Of a stretch of DNA of 18,805 nucleotides, positions 6,499 through 14,431 are shown piece by piece. The notes beneath the pieces are model-generated. The model saw only the letters and a list, made by a program, of their open reading frames with translations, was not told the DNA's origin and made no database searches. This stretch comes from a virus. The DNA lies in the UHGV virus genome UHGV-0261633. One strand, 5' to 3'. Each line of letters begins with the position of its first letter. The first letter of the stretch is position 1. Position numbers and translations under genes: made by a program.

Positions 6499-6573
6499 GA
6501 GGCGGGTGCAGGAGTCGAACCTGCCGATACCATGCTAATGAGACATGTGAGACGCCCTTTCTCTATACCCGCA
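6497..6573 (-). tRNA. tRNA-Met (anticodon CAU), possibly initiator-type or tRNA-Ile2
   Basis: Encoded CCA, T-arm gcagg-agtcgaa-cctgc perfect, anticodon stem CAUGU/GCAUG with loop CUCAUUA, D-arm gaga-cgccctt-tctc; position 1-72 appears unpaired. Confidence 0.65.
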
Positions 6574-6664
6574 ATTCTTAATGACCAGACCAAATCTCTT
6601 CTTTGTCCGATTTACCTTCAGATGAATAAGATTAAGTTTGCTGTAATTGGTCTTCTGTCAAAAC

Positions 6665-6742
6665 TGGCGTTCCAGAAGGGATTTGAACCCTCAAATATCC
6701 ACTTTGAAAGAGTGGTGACTTTACCATTTTGTCTACTGGAAC
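6665..6742 (-). tRNA. tRNA-Glu (anticodon UUC)
   Basis: Encoded CCA, acceptor gttccag/ctggaac perfect, T-arm aaggg-atttgaa-ccctc, anticodon stem ccact/agtgg with loop CUUUCAA. Confidence 0.8.
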
Positions 6743-6749
6743 ATTAATT

Positions 6750-6826
6750 TGGTCTCTGTTGGAGGACTTGAACCTCCGGCCTTACCGCCCCAAACGGAAC
6801 GCTCTACCAAGCTGAGCTAAACAGAG
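6750..6826 (-). tRNA. tRNA-Pro (anticodon UGG)
   Basis: Encoded CCA, acceptor ctctgtt/aacagag perfect, T-arm ggagg-acttgaa-cctcc, D-arm gctc-taccaagct-gagc, anticodon loop UUUGGGG. Confidence 0.8.
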
Positions 6827-6991
6827 ATAAACTTTTAAAACTCTATGTAACCACTTTAACATTATTTTTTAGTGGCTGTCAAGAACTTTTTTAAAATATT
6901 TTTCAGTATCTTAGAAAAGCTCTCATTTCGTTTCTATGTAGAACATATTAAAGGGTATTAAACACATTGTCAATACCCTTTTTAAAACTTT

Positions 6992-8407
6992 TTACCAGAT
7001 ATAACGGTCAATCATTACTGCTTTGAGCATTACGCTGATTGGGTCAAACTTCTCACCACTAAGCAGAGCTTTTAAAGTGGCTGGAGAGAAACCAGATACC
7101 ATTGCTACACCGTTATCCTTAACAGATACTTCGCAAGTACCATTACGGTTTGCTAAGTACCAGAATACCAGTTGTGGCATCTCATATCCAGCTTTTTTGT
7201 ACTTACTCTGAATTGCTTCAAAGTTTGTACGACCGTTAGCTCCATCAACCTGATTGAACTCCATATCGGAGAAGATGATAAGCTTACTTGGCATATCTTT
7301 CTGAGTCAAGTTGTTTCTTTTACCTGTTTCAAGAATGCGGTCAAAAGCTGCTTGTAAGTTAGTTGAGCCATATTCAACGTGTCGCATCACCTGACGATGA
7401 CGGTTTCGTAAATCACCACTCAGTTCGATGAAGTGAGGGTTTGTCGAATAAACCATCAACTCATTCTTAAAGCAACCTGTATTGCGTTCTGCTACATACA
7501 AGGCAAGTGATACACCAATATCCAGAGCAGTAATGGAGCCAAAATTCACCCAAGACATTGAACTTGATACATCAGACATACACAAGATGTTTTCACCTTC
7601 TGCCATCCAGTTTGGTAGTGCTTTCCACTGCTCATTAGCAACATCTGCATTACCATACTTGACAGATTTAATCACATCGTATGGGTAAACAGCACCAGCG
7701 TTAATCTTAGTCTCACCTTTTGATAAGGACTCGATGTAAGCTTTGTAACGCTCTCCATCTTTACGGTTAAACAGTTTTTGGTAACGTGCAGCAGCAAGTG
7801 AAGGAATCTTACTGTAGTCAATCTTACCAAACTCATTAGCAGAGATTTTTTGCTCAACTGTATCAGATAGTGCAGACAACAGTGTGCGGTACTCTTTCTC
7901 ACTCAAGTTGGCAAACTTGCAGAAACGTTTTACAAACTGCTTATGACGTGGTTTGACTCGTGGTAACCACTTAGCCGCCAAACCTGCTGTTGCAGGGTCT
8001 AGTAATGCTGCTTCTAAATGTTTGAAGGCATCTGTCTCGAAACGAGTACCTACGAAGATTTTGAAGTCATCAAAACGACCAAGTTCTGCAATCTTATCCA
8101 TAATGCGAAGAACCTGTGTAGGCTCTAAAACTTTATCTTCAATTGCTTGAAGCAAAACAGTTCTGAAGGCTTTACGCTCACCCATACCTTCTCGTACATC
8201 TCGCATATGCAGTAAAATACGAACTGCAACATCAACATCCTCACGCAAAGCTTTGTAGAACAGGTCTGGTAAGATTTCTACATTGCTACGGCTTGAACCA
8301 GCAGCTTTGTAAAAGTCTACAAGAGCAGACATTGATGAAGTATGGTTTACAGCACCATTTTCAGTTCGACCTGCATGAAGGTGCGCATGTTTAAATAATT
8401 CGCTCAT
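6992..8407 (-). CDS. von Willebrand factor A (vWA/MIDAS) domain protein, 471 aa, with ~270-aa helical N-terminal domain
   Basis: ORF track; C-terminal half has a DxSxS MIDAS motif (ILCMSDVSSSMS) and a vWA-like hhhhSD motif (KLIIFSDMEFNQ); GAGAG RBS. Domain call is from motif recognition only. Confidence 0.8.
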   Translation of the reverse strand: MSELFKHAHLHAGRTENGAVNHTSSMSALVDFYKAAGSSRSNVEILPDLFYKALREDVDVAVRILLHMRDVREGMGERKAFRTVLLQAIEDKVLEPTQVLRIMDKIAELGRFDDFKIFVGTRFETDAFKHLEAALLDPATAGLAAKWLPRVKPRHKQFVKRFCKFANLSEKEYRTLLSALSDTVEQKISANEFGKIDYSKIPSLAAARYQKLFNRKDGERYKAYIESLSKGETKINAGAVYPYDVIKSVKYGNADVANEQWKALPNWMAEGENILCMSDVSSSMSWVNFGSITALDIGVSLALYVAERNTGCFKNELMVYSTNPHFIELSGDLRNRHRQVMRHVEYGSTNLQAAFDRILETGKRNNLTQKDMPSKLIIFSDMEFNQVDGANGRTNFEAIQSKYKKAGYEMPQLVFWYLANRNGTCEVSVKDNGVAMVSGFSPATLKALLSGEKFDPISVMLKAVMIDRYIW

Positions 8408-8446
8408 ATTTTACTCTCTTCTCTCATTTGTTGTTTGATGTGACAG

Positions 8447-8476
8447 ACTTTAGAGCAACTTTGTAGAGTCTGTCAA
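8447..8476 (-). promoter_or_regulatory. candidate sigma70-like promoter on the minus strand upstream of the vWA gene
   Basis: Minus-strand TTGACA (rc of 8471-8476), 18-nt spacer, TAAAGT (rc of 8447-8452); overlaps inverted repeat tgacagac/gtctgtca. Confidence 0.35.
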
Positions 8477-8488
8477 CACCTTTTAAAA

Positions 8489-8860
8489 TTATTTTTTGAG
8501 GGTTGCAACAGCAGAGAACGTTGGTTTGTTGTCTGTCTGAGACTGACCACCATTATCAGGGGTCTTCTTAGTGTCTGCTGCAATCGCTTTCATCTCACCT
8601 GCTGAGTGGGTCATGATAGTTTTACCAGCTTCCATCATCGACTTCAGGTTTACATCGTCAGTCGTCAAACCGAACTCTGCAAGCTTAGCAGCGTCCCTTG
8701 TAACAATCGCTTCAAACAACTTTGCAGCAAACTCAGCAGAATTATCAATGGTCAGTTGAGCTTTTACAAGTGAGCTTTTGTTACGTGAGCCTTTTGGTCT
8801 TCCAGATGGGTTTCCAGACTGGCCTTTTTTAAACTGGCCTTTGTTTGTTCTGTTTTTCAT
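8489..8860 (-). CDS. hypothetical basic protein (123 aa) with N-terminal GQSGNPSGRPKG motif
   Basis: ORF track; AAGAGG RBS 8 nt upstream. Lys/Gly-rich N-terminus; I recall this motif from small phage DNA-binding/terminase-small-subunit-associated proteins, unverified here. Confidence 0.65.
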   Translation of the reverse strand: MKNRTNKGQFKKGQSGNPSGRPKGSRNKSSLVKAQLTIDNSAEFAAKLFEAIVTRDAAKLAEFGLTTDDVNLKSMMEAGKTIMTHSAGEMKAIAADTKKTPDNGGQSQTDNKPTFSAVATLKK

Positions 8861-9035
8861 TGGTATGCCTCTTATAAGACCTCTTAAAAGGCTTTTAAGA
8901 TAAAAGATAGATATCCAGAAAGATATCTGTTTAAATAGCCTTTTTAGAGGAACCTTTTAAGTTATCTTCTAAGTATTTATAAGCCTACACCTTGTCAAGT
9001 ACTTTGTCAACAACTTTTTTAACTTGCAATAGTTC

Positions 9036-9064
9036 TTGACTTGTTGTATGGATTACTGTACCAT
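9036..9064 (+). promoter_or_regulatory. candidate sigma70-like promoter for the plus-strand gene block
   Basis: TTGACT (9036-9041), 17-nt spacer, TACCAT (9059-9064), in the divergent intergenic region 8861-9109. Confidence 0.3.
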
Positions 9065-9109
9065 CTTACTTAAAGCTGTAGGTCTGCCTTGTTCTACAAA
9101 GGAGACTTA

Positions 9110-9271
9110 ATGAGAAAATCAAATAACCCGAAGAAAGGTAAAAATACCAATCACTGTAAGGAATCAAAAAGGGTAGAGTTACTCTACTATTCATCCTCTG
9201 AAATTGGTCTGTACCTGTTCTTTCAAAATTACAGAAGACAAGAGGATTATCTATGTGTAGTTCCCAATTAG
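9110..9271 (+). CDS. hypothetical small basic protein (53 aa from internal ATG)
   Basis: ORF track 9089..9271 starts at TTG; ATG at 9110 has an AAGGAGA RBS. Confidence 0.35.
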   Translation: MRKSNNPKKGKNTNHCKESKRVELLYYSSSEIGLYLFFQNYRRQEDYLCVVPN

Positions 9272-9486
9272 AAATCGCAGATATTATAGATTTATATCAA
9301 ACTGCAAAGAGTCATGGCTATATAACCTCAATTGGAAAGAATAGTCACTATGATGCTTTGACTGGAATGTATTTCAGGGCAATGGCTCAATCTAGTGAAC
9401 AACACTTAATGGTTTCTTCCAGTGAGTTTACTTCGTTTCTCTATTGCAGCAAAATTATAAATCGCAGGAGAACTGAAAAATGTTAA
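9253..9486 (+). CDS. hypothetical protein (77 aa)
   Basis: ORF track; AAGAGGA RBS upstream; overlaps neighbours. Confidence 0.4.
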   Translation: MCSSQLEIADIIDLYQTAKSHGYITSIGKNSHYDALTGMYFRAMAQSSEQHLMVSSSEFTSFLYCSKIINRRRTEKC

Positions 9487-10070
9487 CAGTAAGTTTTAAT
9501 TACAATAGTGATGGCTCTGTATCAATTAATTCACCATATGCAAACGACCTATTGAAAGAGTTAGTTAATCAGTGTGACAGAGGTCTTCACTATGTTCCAA
9601 ATTCTTTTAAACAGAAGACTATTGCTAATAACTTGATGCGTGTAACAGTAACGTCATCGAATCCAAATTATGACTTTGATAGTGAAAGCCCGTACTCATT
9701 AGTTGCGCTTGGAGAGAGCAGCCAATTCAAACTTGTTTGCCACGACTCAGAAACATTCCTTAAGGTATTTTCCAACCTTATCCATAATAATAAGTACAGC
9801 TACGTTGATGGTAGTGTAAATTTCTATCCAGCAAACTATACATGTTTGTTGGTTGATAATATGAGAAAAAGTAAGCAAGAGCCTACGGAAATTTCATTTG
9901 ATGTGAACTCTAGTCCAGATGCAGAAACAAGTAAGAACTTTGATATGAGTTACGCATTGTCACTCAGTAAGAAATCCGAGTTCATTGATTATGTCAATGG
10001 ATTTGGTTTTAAGTTTGATGAGAGTATGAATCTTAAAAAACTTAAGAACCTACTTAAGACCAAAGCTTAA
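9480..10070 (+). CDS. hypothetical protein (196 aa)
   Basis: ORF track; AGGAG RBS about 8 nt upstream; followed by GC hairpin. Confidence 0.7.
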   Translation: MLTVSFNYNSDGSVSINSPYANDLLKELVNQCDRGLHYVPNSFKQKTIANNLMRVTVTSSNPNYDFDSESPYSLVALGESSQFKLVCHDSETFLKVFSNLIHNNKYSYVDGSVNFYPANYTCLLVDNMRKSKQEPTEISFDVNSSPDAETSKNFDMSYALSLSKKSEFIDYVNGFGFKFDESMNLKKLKNLLKTKA

Positions 10071-10078
10071 GTGTGAAT

Positions 10079-10096
10079 AGGGGCTTATGCCCCTTT
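10079..10096 (+). terminator. GC hairpin terminator-like element
   Basis: aggggc-ttat-gcccct followed by ttt. Confidence 0.5.
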
Positions 10097-10117
10097 AACT
10101 ATTTATAAGGATATTTA

Positions 10118-10489
10118 ATGAAAGCTAAGAGTGCAAAAGACTTTTATTGCTTCCTACAATCCTATATCAATTCCGTGCAAAATGGTGAAAGGTACAACCT
10201 TAATGATGTTATCCCAACACCTTTGACATGGAGACTCAGTAAATGGCCTGAAGAAGATATTACACCAACAAGCGAACAGCGTACCTACAAACCTGAAATT
10301 AATATTCCAGACTCTGAGAATCTATTATACCCAATGTTCCATATTGTTGGTCTTGGAAGATTCCTTATGGATATCCAGTATGTAATTGGTAAAGGTTATA
10401 AGGTTAAAGATATTGTCGTTGGTGATGTATCTCCGAATCACAAAGGTTATTTTAGACTAAACGCACATTTAGAGGCTGAAAAGAAATGA
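10118..10489 (+). CDS. hypothetical protein (123 aa), paralogous to the N-terminal domain of the next gene
   Basis: ORF track; shares an aligned pattern with the next ORF (YPDFKEF../KDFYCF.., GxRYx, W..PE.DI, YKP.., FxMDxQY). Confidence 0.7.
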   Translation: MKAKSAKDFYCFLQSYINSVQNGERYNLNDVIPTPLTWRLSKWPEEDITPTSEQRTYKPEINIPDSENLLYPMFHIVGLGRFLMDIQYVIGKGYKVKDIVVGDVSPNHKGYFRLNAHLEAEKK

Positions 10490-11622
10490 TTAAAGCAAAG
10501 ACTTACCCAGACTTCAAAGAGTTTGTGAAGGGCTTCATTGCAAACGTAAAGGCTGGTAAGAGATATGATTTTAGAACATATCAAGAGGCTATTTTACCAC
10601 TTACCTATAGCTCGTATTGGCCTGAAGCTGATATTGCAGAAGTTGAGAAGTTTGACTATAAACCAGACTACAAAGTTCCATTTAGTGATGAGTTGCTTTA
10701 CAGTGTTGGTGCTCAAATGAGAACTTCTGACTTCTTCATGGACTTACAATATGCAATTATCAATGGTAAAGACGTTGATACAGTTTATTGTGAATGGCTG
10801 GCAAGAGTTAAACCATTCTCAATGTTGAATGCTAAGTTGAAGGACGCTATCAAGCCACCATCAATCACTCAGCAACCAACCAATCAAACAGTAAATGAAG
10901 GTGGTACACTTACCCTAAGCGTTATTGCAACTAATGCCACTGGATATCAATGGAAAAAGGATGGTGAGGATATCACTAGCGCCACATCTGCAACTTACAC
11001 AAAACAGTCAGTAGCACCTTCTGACGCTGGTTCATATACTTGTGTTGTATCTGGGGAGGGTGGGACAAGTGTCACATCAGATGCAGCAACAGTTACTGTG
11101 AATGCCTTACCAGTGATTACCAAGCAACCTTCTAACCAGACCGTTAATGAAGGTGGAAACATCAGCTTAGCAGTTACTGCAACAGGTGCAACTGGTTACC
11201 AATGGAAGAAAGATGGTTCCGACATCCCTTCAGCTACAAAGGCCACATATAGCAAATCTGGTGCACTTCCAGCAGATGCTGGCTCATACACTTGCGTTGT
11301 AACAGGTGCTGGAGGTTCGGTTACTTCTAACCCTGCAACTATCACAGTAAACGCACTACCAGTTATTACTCAGCAACCAACAAATCAAGAAATCACAGAA
11401 GGTGAAACCTTGACACTAAGTGTTGTAGCTACTGGTGCAACAGGCTATCAGTGGAAGAAAGATAACGTAAACATTCCTAGTGCAACTGCTGCAACTTACA
11501 CCAAAGAAAGTGCAACGAGTGCAGATGATGCAGGAAGCTACACTTGTGTAGTAACTGGCGCAGGTGGTTCGGTAACATCTAATGCGGCAACAGTTACAGT
11601 TAATCCAGCAGGAGGTGAATAA
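10486..11622 (+). CDS. protein with paralogous N-terminal domain plus three tandem Ig-like domains (378 aa)
   Basis: ORF track; three ~82-aa repeats each with QPxNQxVxEGxxLxL..ATGYQWKKDG...AGSYTCVV.GAGGSVTS..ATVTVN, a typical Ig-like (I-set-type) signature. Confidence 0.85.
   Translation: MIKAKTYPDFKEFVKGFIANVKAGKRYDFRTYQEAILPLTYSSYWPEADIAEVEKFDYKPDYKVPFSDELLYSVGAQMRTSDFFMDLQYAIINGKDVDTVYCEWLARVKPFSMLNAKLKDAIKPPSITQQPTNQTVNEGGTLTLSVIATNATGYQWKKDGEDITSATSATYTKQSVAPSDAGSYTCVVSGEGGTSVTSDAATVTVNALPVITKQPSNQTVNEGGNISLAVTATGATGYQWKKDGSDIPSATKATYSKSGALPADAGSYTCVVTGAGGSVTSNPATITVNALPVITQQPTNQEITEGETLTLSVVATGATGYQWKKDNVNIPSATAATYTKESATSADDAGSYTCVVTGAGGSVTSNAATVTVNPAGGE
10861..11598 (+). repeat. three tandem ~246-bp coding repeats (Ig-like domain units)
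   Basis: Approximate unit boundaries 10861/11107/11353, read from the protein repeats. Confidence 0.8.
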
Positions 11623-12086
11623 TGCAACTCTCAAGGAAAGGTTTAGAAGCCATTAAGTTCTTTGAAGGTCTTAAGTTAGAGGCTTACGAAGACTCTGCCG
11701 GAATCCCAACAATCGGGTATGGTACAATCCGTATTGACGGGAAACCTGTTAAGATGGGTATGAAAATCACTGCCGAGCAAGCTGAACAGTATCTTCTCGC
11801 GGATGTTGAGAAGTTTGTTGCAGCAGTGAACAAAGCTATCAAGGTTCCAACTACTCAGAATGAGTTCGATGCACTTGTAAGTGAAACATACAACATCGGT
11901 ATCACAGCTATGCAGGATTCCACATTTATCAAGCGCCACAATGCTGGTAATAAGGTAGGTTGTGCAGAAGCTATGCAGTGGTGGAACAAGATTACAGTCA
12001 AAGGTAAGAAGGTAACTTCAAACGGCTTGAAAAATAGACGTAGAATGGAAGCTGACATTTATCTTGACAGTGTATATCCAAAGTAA
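11622..12086 (+). CDS. endolysin, T4-type lysozyme (glycoside hydrolase family 24)
   Basis: ORF track; N-terminal FFEGLKLEAYEDSAGIPTIGYGT matches the GH24 catalytic Glu/Asp/Thr region; GGAGG RBS; strong terminator follows. Confidence 0.9.
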   Translation: MQLSRKGLEAIKFFEGLKLEAYEDSAGIPTIGYGTIRIDGKPVKMGMKITAEQAEQYLLADVEKFVAAVNKAIKVPTTQNEFDALVSETYNIGITAMQDSTFIKRHNAGNKVGCAEAMQWWNKITVKGKKVTSNGLKNRRRMEADIYLDSVYPK

Positions 12087-12095
12087 TATCTTCAT

Positions 12096-12122
12096 AGGCT
12101 CCTTCGGGAGCCTTTTTTATTT
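12096..12122 (+). terminator. rho-independent terminator after the endolysin gene
   Basis: aggctcc-ttcg-ggagcct then tttttatttt. Confidence 0.85.
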
Positions 12123-12137
12123 TCTAAGGAGAAAACT

Positions 12138-12536
12138 ATGAAGCTTTGGGCTAGTGATTTTGGGACTTTTAAATACACTCGTAATGGTTCGCTTGTACGC
12201 ATCATTGGAAACAATGTAGTTTCAAGAGGCGACAAGGTGTATACACGGTTTACTGTAGAGCTTGTTGAGCTGTCACCTATTGAGTCTGTGAACAATGGTA
12301 TGTTCAAGTTTGAGACTTACAATGTCAATGAGCATGGACAATTCAATCCTCTTGGTGAAAGTGGACTTGATATTATTTCAGAGCACCCATTGACAAAAGA
12401 GCAACTTGCAGGTTACTATAAAACTGTTCTGGAAAGGCAGTTAGCAACACATGAACAAGAGGCTAACTATCATTTACAACATTGCGAAGCTTTAAGAGCA
12501 AAAATAGAACAAGCAGAGAGAGGTTTTTATGAATAA
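12138..12536 (+). CDS. hypothetical protein (132 aa)
   Basis: ORF track; AAGGAG RBS. Confidence 0.7.
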   Translation: MKLWASDFGTFKYTRNGSLVRIIGNNVVSRGDKVYTRFTVELVELSPIESVNNGMFKFETYNVNEHGQFNPLGESGLDIISEHPLTKEQLAGYYKTVLERQLATHEQEANYHLQHCEALRAKIEQAERGFYE

Positions 12537-12918
12537 AGAGATTCAAGTAAAAGTTGACACCTTTGGCCATGATGGTCGAGAAGATGCTGGACTTGCTGAC
12601 GCAGTGATTTTTGAGTGTAATGGAAATATTAGTCTTCGCTTTACAGGCTCAGGTAGCACCCTTCGCAGAATGCGAGATGATGCAGATGGTTGCCCTGTAT
12701 TTGGCTGGTATGATATGGAGTTTCCTCTTTACGCAATCCATTATCCAGATGGTGGAGAAGACTGGACAACCCAATCAATCCGTGACGAGCTTAACGGTAT
12801 TCCAGTTGAACAAGAAGAGCAAGAACCTGTTGAACTCACCTTTACTTTCATCAAAGAAGAGAAAGTTGGTGACTTGTCAGTAACTGAAGCAATTCAAGTC
12901 TCACAGGTTATTCGTTAA
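12529..12918 (+). CDS. hypothetical acidic protein (129 aa)
   Basis: ORF track; GAGAGG RBS; start overlaps previous stop. Confidence 0.7.
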   Translation: MNKEIQVKVDTFGHDGREDAGLADAVIFECNGNISLRFTGSGSTLRRMRDDADGCPVFGWYDMEFPLYAIHYPDGGEDWTTQSIRDELNGIPVEQEEQEPVELTFTFIKEEKVGDLSVTEAIQVSQVIR

Positions 12919-13211
12919 TGAGTAAAGTACAGGTTGTTTTCCCTATTTGTGACTTCTCACTAGAGCGTGAACTTGACCTGTACGAAGAAATTACTGACGA
13001 AATTATCTGGTCTGTTGTAGAAGAGGCTATCAAGAAGCTGTATGGTGGCCTCTTAAATCCATCAAGTAAAAAGCTCAACACTAAACAAGTAGCTGATACA
13101 TATACTTCATATGATGCCTACAACAAGCCTTTTGAAAATACCTGCTTTGACCTTATGGTAGGTAATAACAAAGTCAACTATTTCTTCGTCAGAGAGTTTA
13201 ACGATGAGTAA
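12918..13211 (+). CDS. hypothetical protein (97 aa)
   Basis: ORF track; start overlaps previous stop (translational coupling). Confidence 0.65.
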   Translation: MSKVQVVFPICDFSLERELDLYEEITDEIIWSVVEEAIKKLYGGLLNPSSKKLNTKQVADTYTSYDAYNKPFENTCFDLMVGNNKVNYFFVREFNDE

Positions 13212-13548
13212 GCTCCATGTCACAGTATACAAAAACTTCTCAGATATCAAAGAGTCTTTAACAAATAAGCTTGACTTACAACGTAAAAGACTCTTTTTAA
13301 TGTATGACATAGACAACTACAACCATCCTAAAGAGTTTAACTACAAAGATGGTACAAAGGTTGTTGAGTTTGAAGATTCTGTGACGGTATATGTCAAGCA
13401 TGACTTACCAGCAAAGTACATAGGGATGCTAGAGTACTACATATTCAAACATACTGGTATGCGTGGTGAGTCTGTTAAGATATCTTCTATAGAAGTTTTT
13501 GAGAAACCTAACACACAACTTAAAAAGTATTTAATGAGGAAACTGTAA
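13204..13548 (+). CDS. hypothetical protein (114 aa)
   Basis: ORF track; overlapping start. Confidence 0.65.
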   Translation: MSKLHVTVYKNFSDIKESLTNKLDLQRKRLFLMYDIDNYNHPKEFNYKDGTKVVEFEDSVTVYVKHDLPAKYIGMLEYYIFKHTGMRGESVKISSIEVFEKPNTQLKKYLMRKL

Positions 13549-14129
13549 TGTCAGAAGAACATGAGCATATCCAACCAGAAGTTACATTAGTAAAACATTT
13601 CGGAAATGTAGAAGGCTGTGTAGCACTTTTTCAAACCAACATCAATTCTCCAGTCAAACTGTGCAAATTGACGATAAACACCAACAATATCAGTGTATGT
13701 GTGAATGAAGAAGTCCAGTACTTCAAATTCAATGATAAAGAGGTTGATGCTGCACTATTAAAGTACAGAGCAAATCTTGAAAAAGATATTGACCATAAAG
13801 AGGTGGTGAGTCTCTTTGCAGACCTTCATAAGCTTCTTGATAAGGTTGAAAAAAGAACATATTACATGAATAATGGCTCAATCATCACTACCATGATTTC
13901 ACCATGTATCTCTGAGCCAATCTTCACAGATGATGGTGCTTACTATGTTGTAGCATCGGCAGTATCTGATTGGTGGTTAAAGAATAACGCACTGAAGACA
14001 GTGATTGAGGCTATCAGAGAACACATCCCTACATTTAGCCCGTGGAAAGGCAAAGGTGATGAATTTATCGCACTATTGAGTGAAGAGAGCAACAAGCGCA
14101 GTGCATTACTGCCTAAAAAATACTCTTGA
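13548..14129 (+). CDS. hypothetical protein (193 aa)
   Basis: ORF track; overlapping start. Confidence 0.7.
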   Translation: MSEEHEHIQPEVTLVKHFGNVEGCVALFQTNINSPVKLCKLTINTNNISVCVNEEVQYFKFNDKEVDAALLKYRANLEKDIDHKEVVSLFADLHKLLDKVEKRTYYMNNGSIITTMISPCISEPIFTDDGAYYVVASAVSDWWLKNNALKTVIEAIREHIPTFSPWKGKGDEFIALLSEESNKRSALLPKKYS

Positions 14130-14154
14130 CCGAGTATACAATATTGATTATGAT
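14126..14154 (+). promoter_or_regulatory. candidate sigma70-like promoter
   Basis: TTGACC (14126-14131), 17-nt spacer, TATGAT (14149-14154). Confidence 0.5.
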
Positions 14155-14183
14155 GGGAGCTATCGAGAGGTAGTTCCCTTTTT
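14155..14183 (+). terminator. hairpin plus T-run (terminator or 5' leader structure)
   Basis: gggagct..agttccc stem with one mismatch, then ttttt. Confidence 0.4.
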
Positions 14184-14212
14184 AGTTTCTAGAGAAACAC
14201 TACGGTGAAAGA

Positions 14213-14431
14213 ATGAAAAGACTAACTACAGTTGAAGATTACTACAAACTGTCCTTGTTAGAACAGTATCGCAGAAGCCAGAATATCAGAAAATGCTATG
14301 GTAAACACGCTGAAGGTGACTTTTACCATTGTTACGATGCAGATTTAAAAGGTGTAACACCTAGAGGCAAAGTACTACAAAGACTTGTTGACCTTGAGTG
14401 GAACAAACGATTGAGAGGGATTGGAAAATGA
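14213..14431 (+). CDS. hypothetical protein (72 aa)
   Basis: ORF track; weak RBS. Confidence 0.5.
   Translation: MKRLTTVEDYYKLSLLEQYRRSQNIRKCYGKHAEGDFYHCYDADLKGVTPRGKVLQRLVDLEWNKRLRGIGK

Noticed and set aside
6496-6747. 83-aa + strand ORF
   Set aside because: Lies across tRNA-Met, tRNA-Glu and a repeat copy; its translation is just read-through of tRNA sequence.
7023-8150. Five short + strand ORFs (7023-7211, 7172-7357, 7482-7688, 7953-8150) and one minus-frame ORF (7672-7902)
   Set aside because: All nested within or antisense to the 471-aa vWA gene, which has a continuous frame and recognisable motifs.
8571-8759. 62-aa + strand ORF
   Set aside because: Antisense to the 123-aa minus-strand gene, which has a good RBS.
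11416-12307. Minus-strand ORFs 11416-11634, 11676-11939, 11855-12058, 12092-12307
   Set aside because: Antisense to the Ig-like protein, lysozyme and following gene; Cys-rich or low-complexity translations typical of spurious frames.
12611-12883. 90-aa + strand ORF
   Set aside because: Alternative frame inside the 12529-12918 gene.
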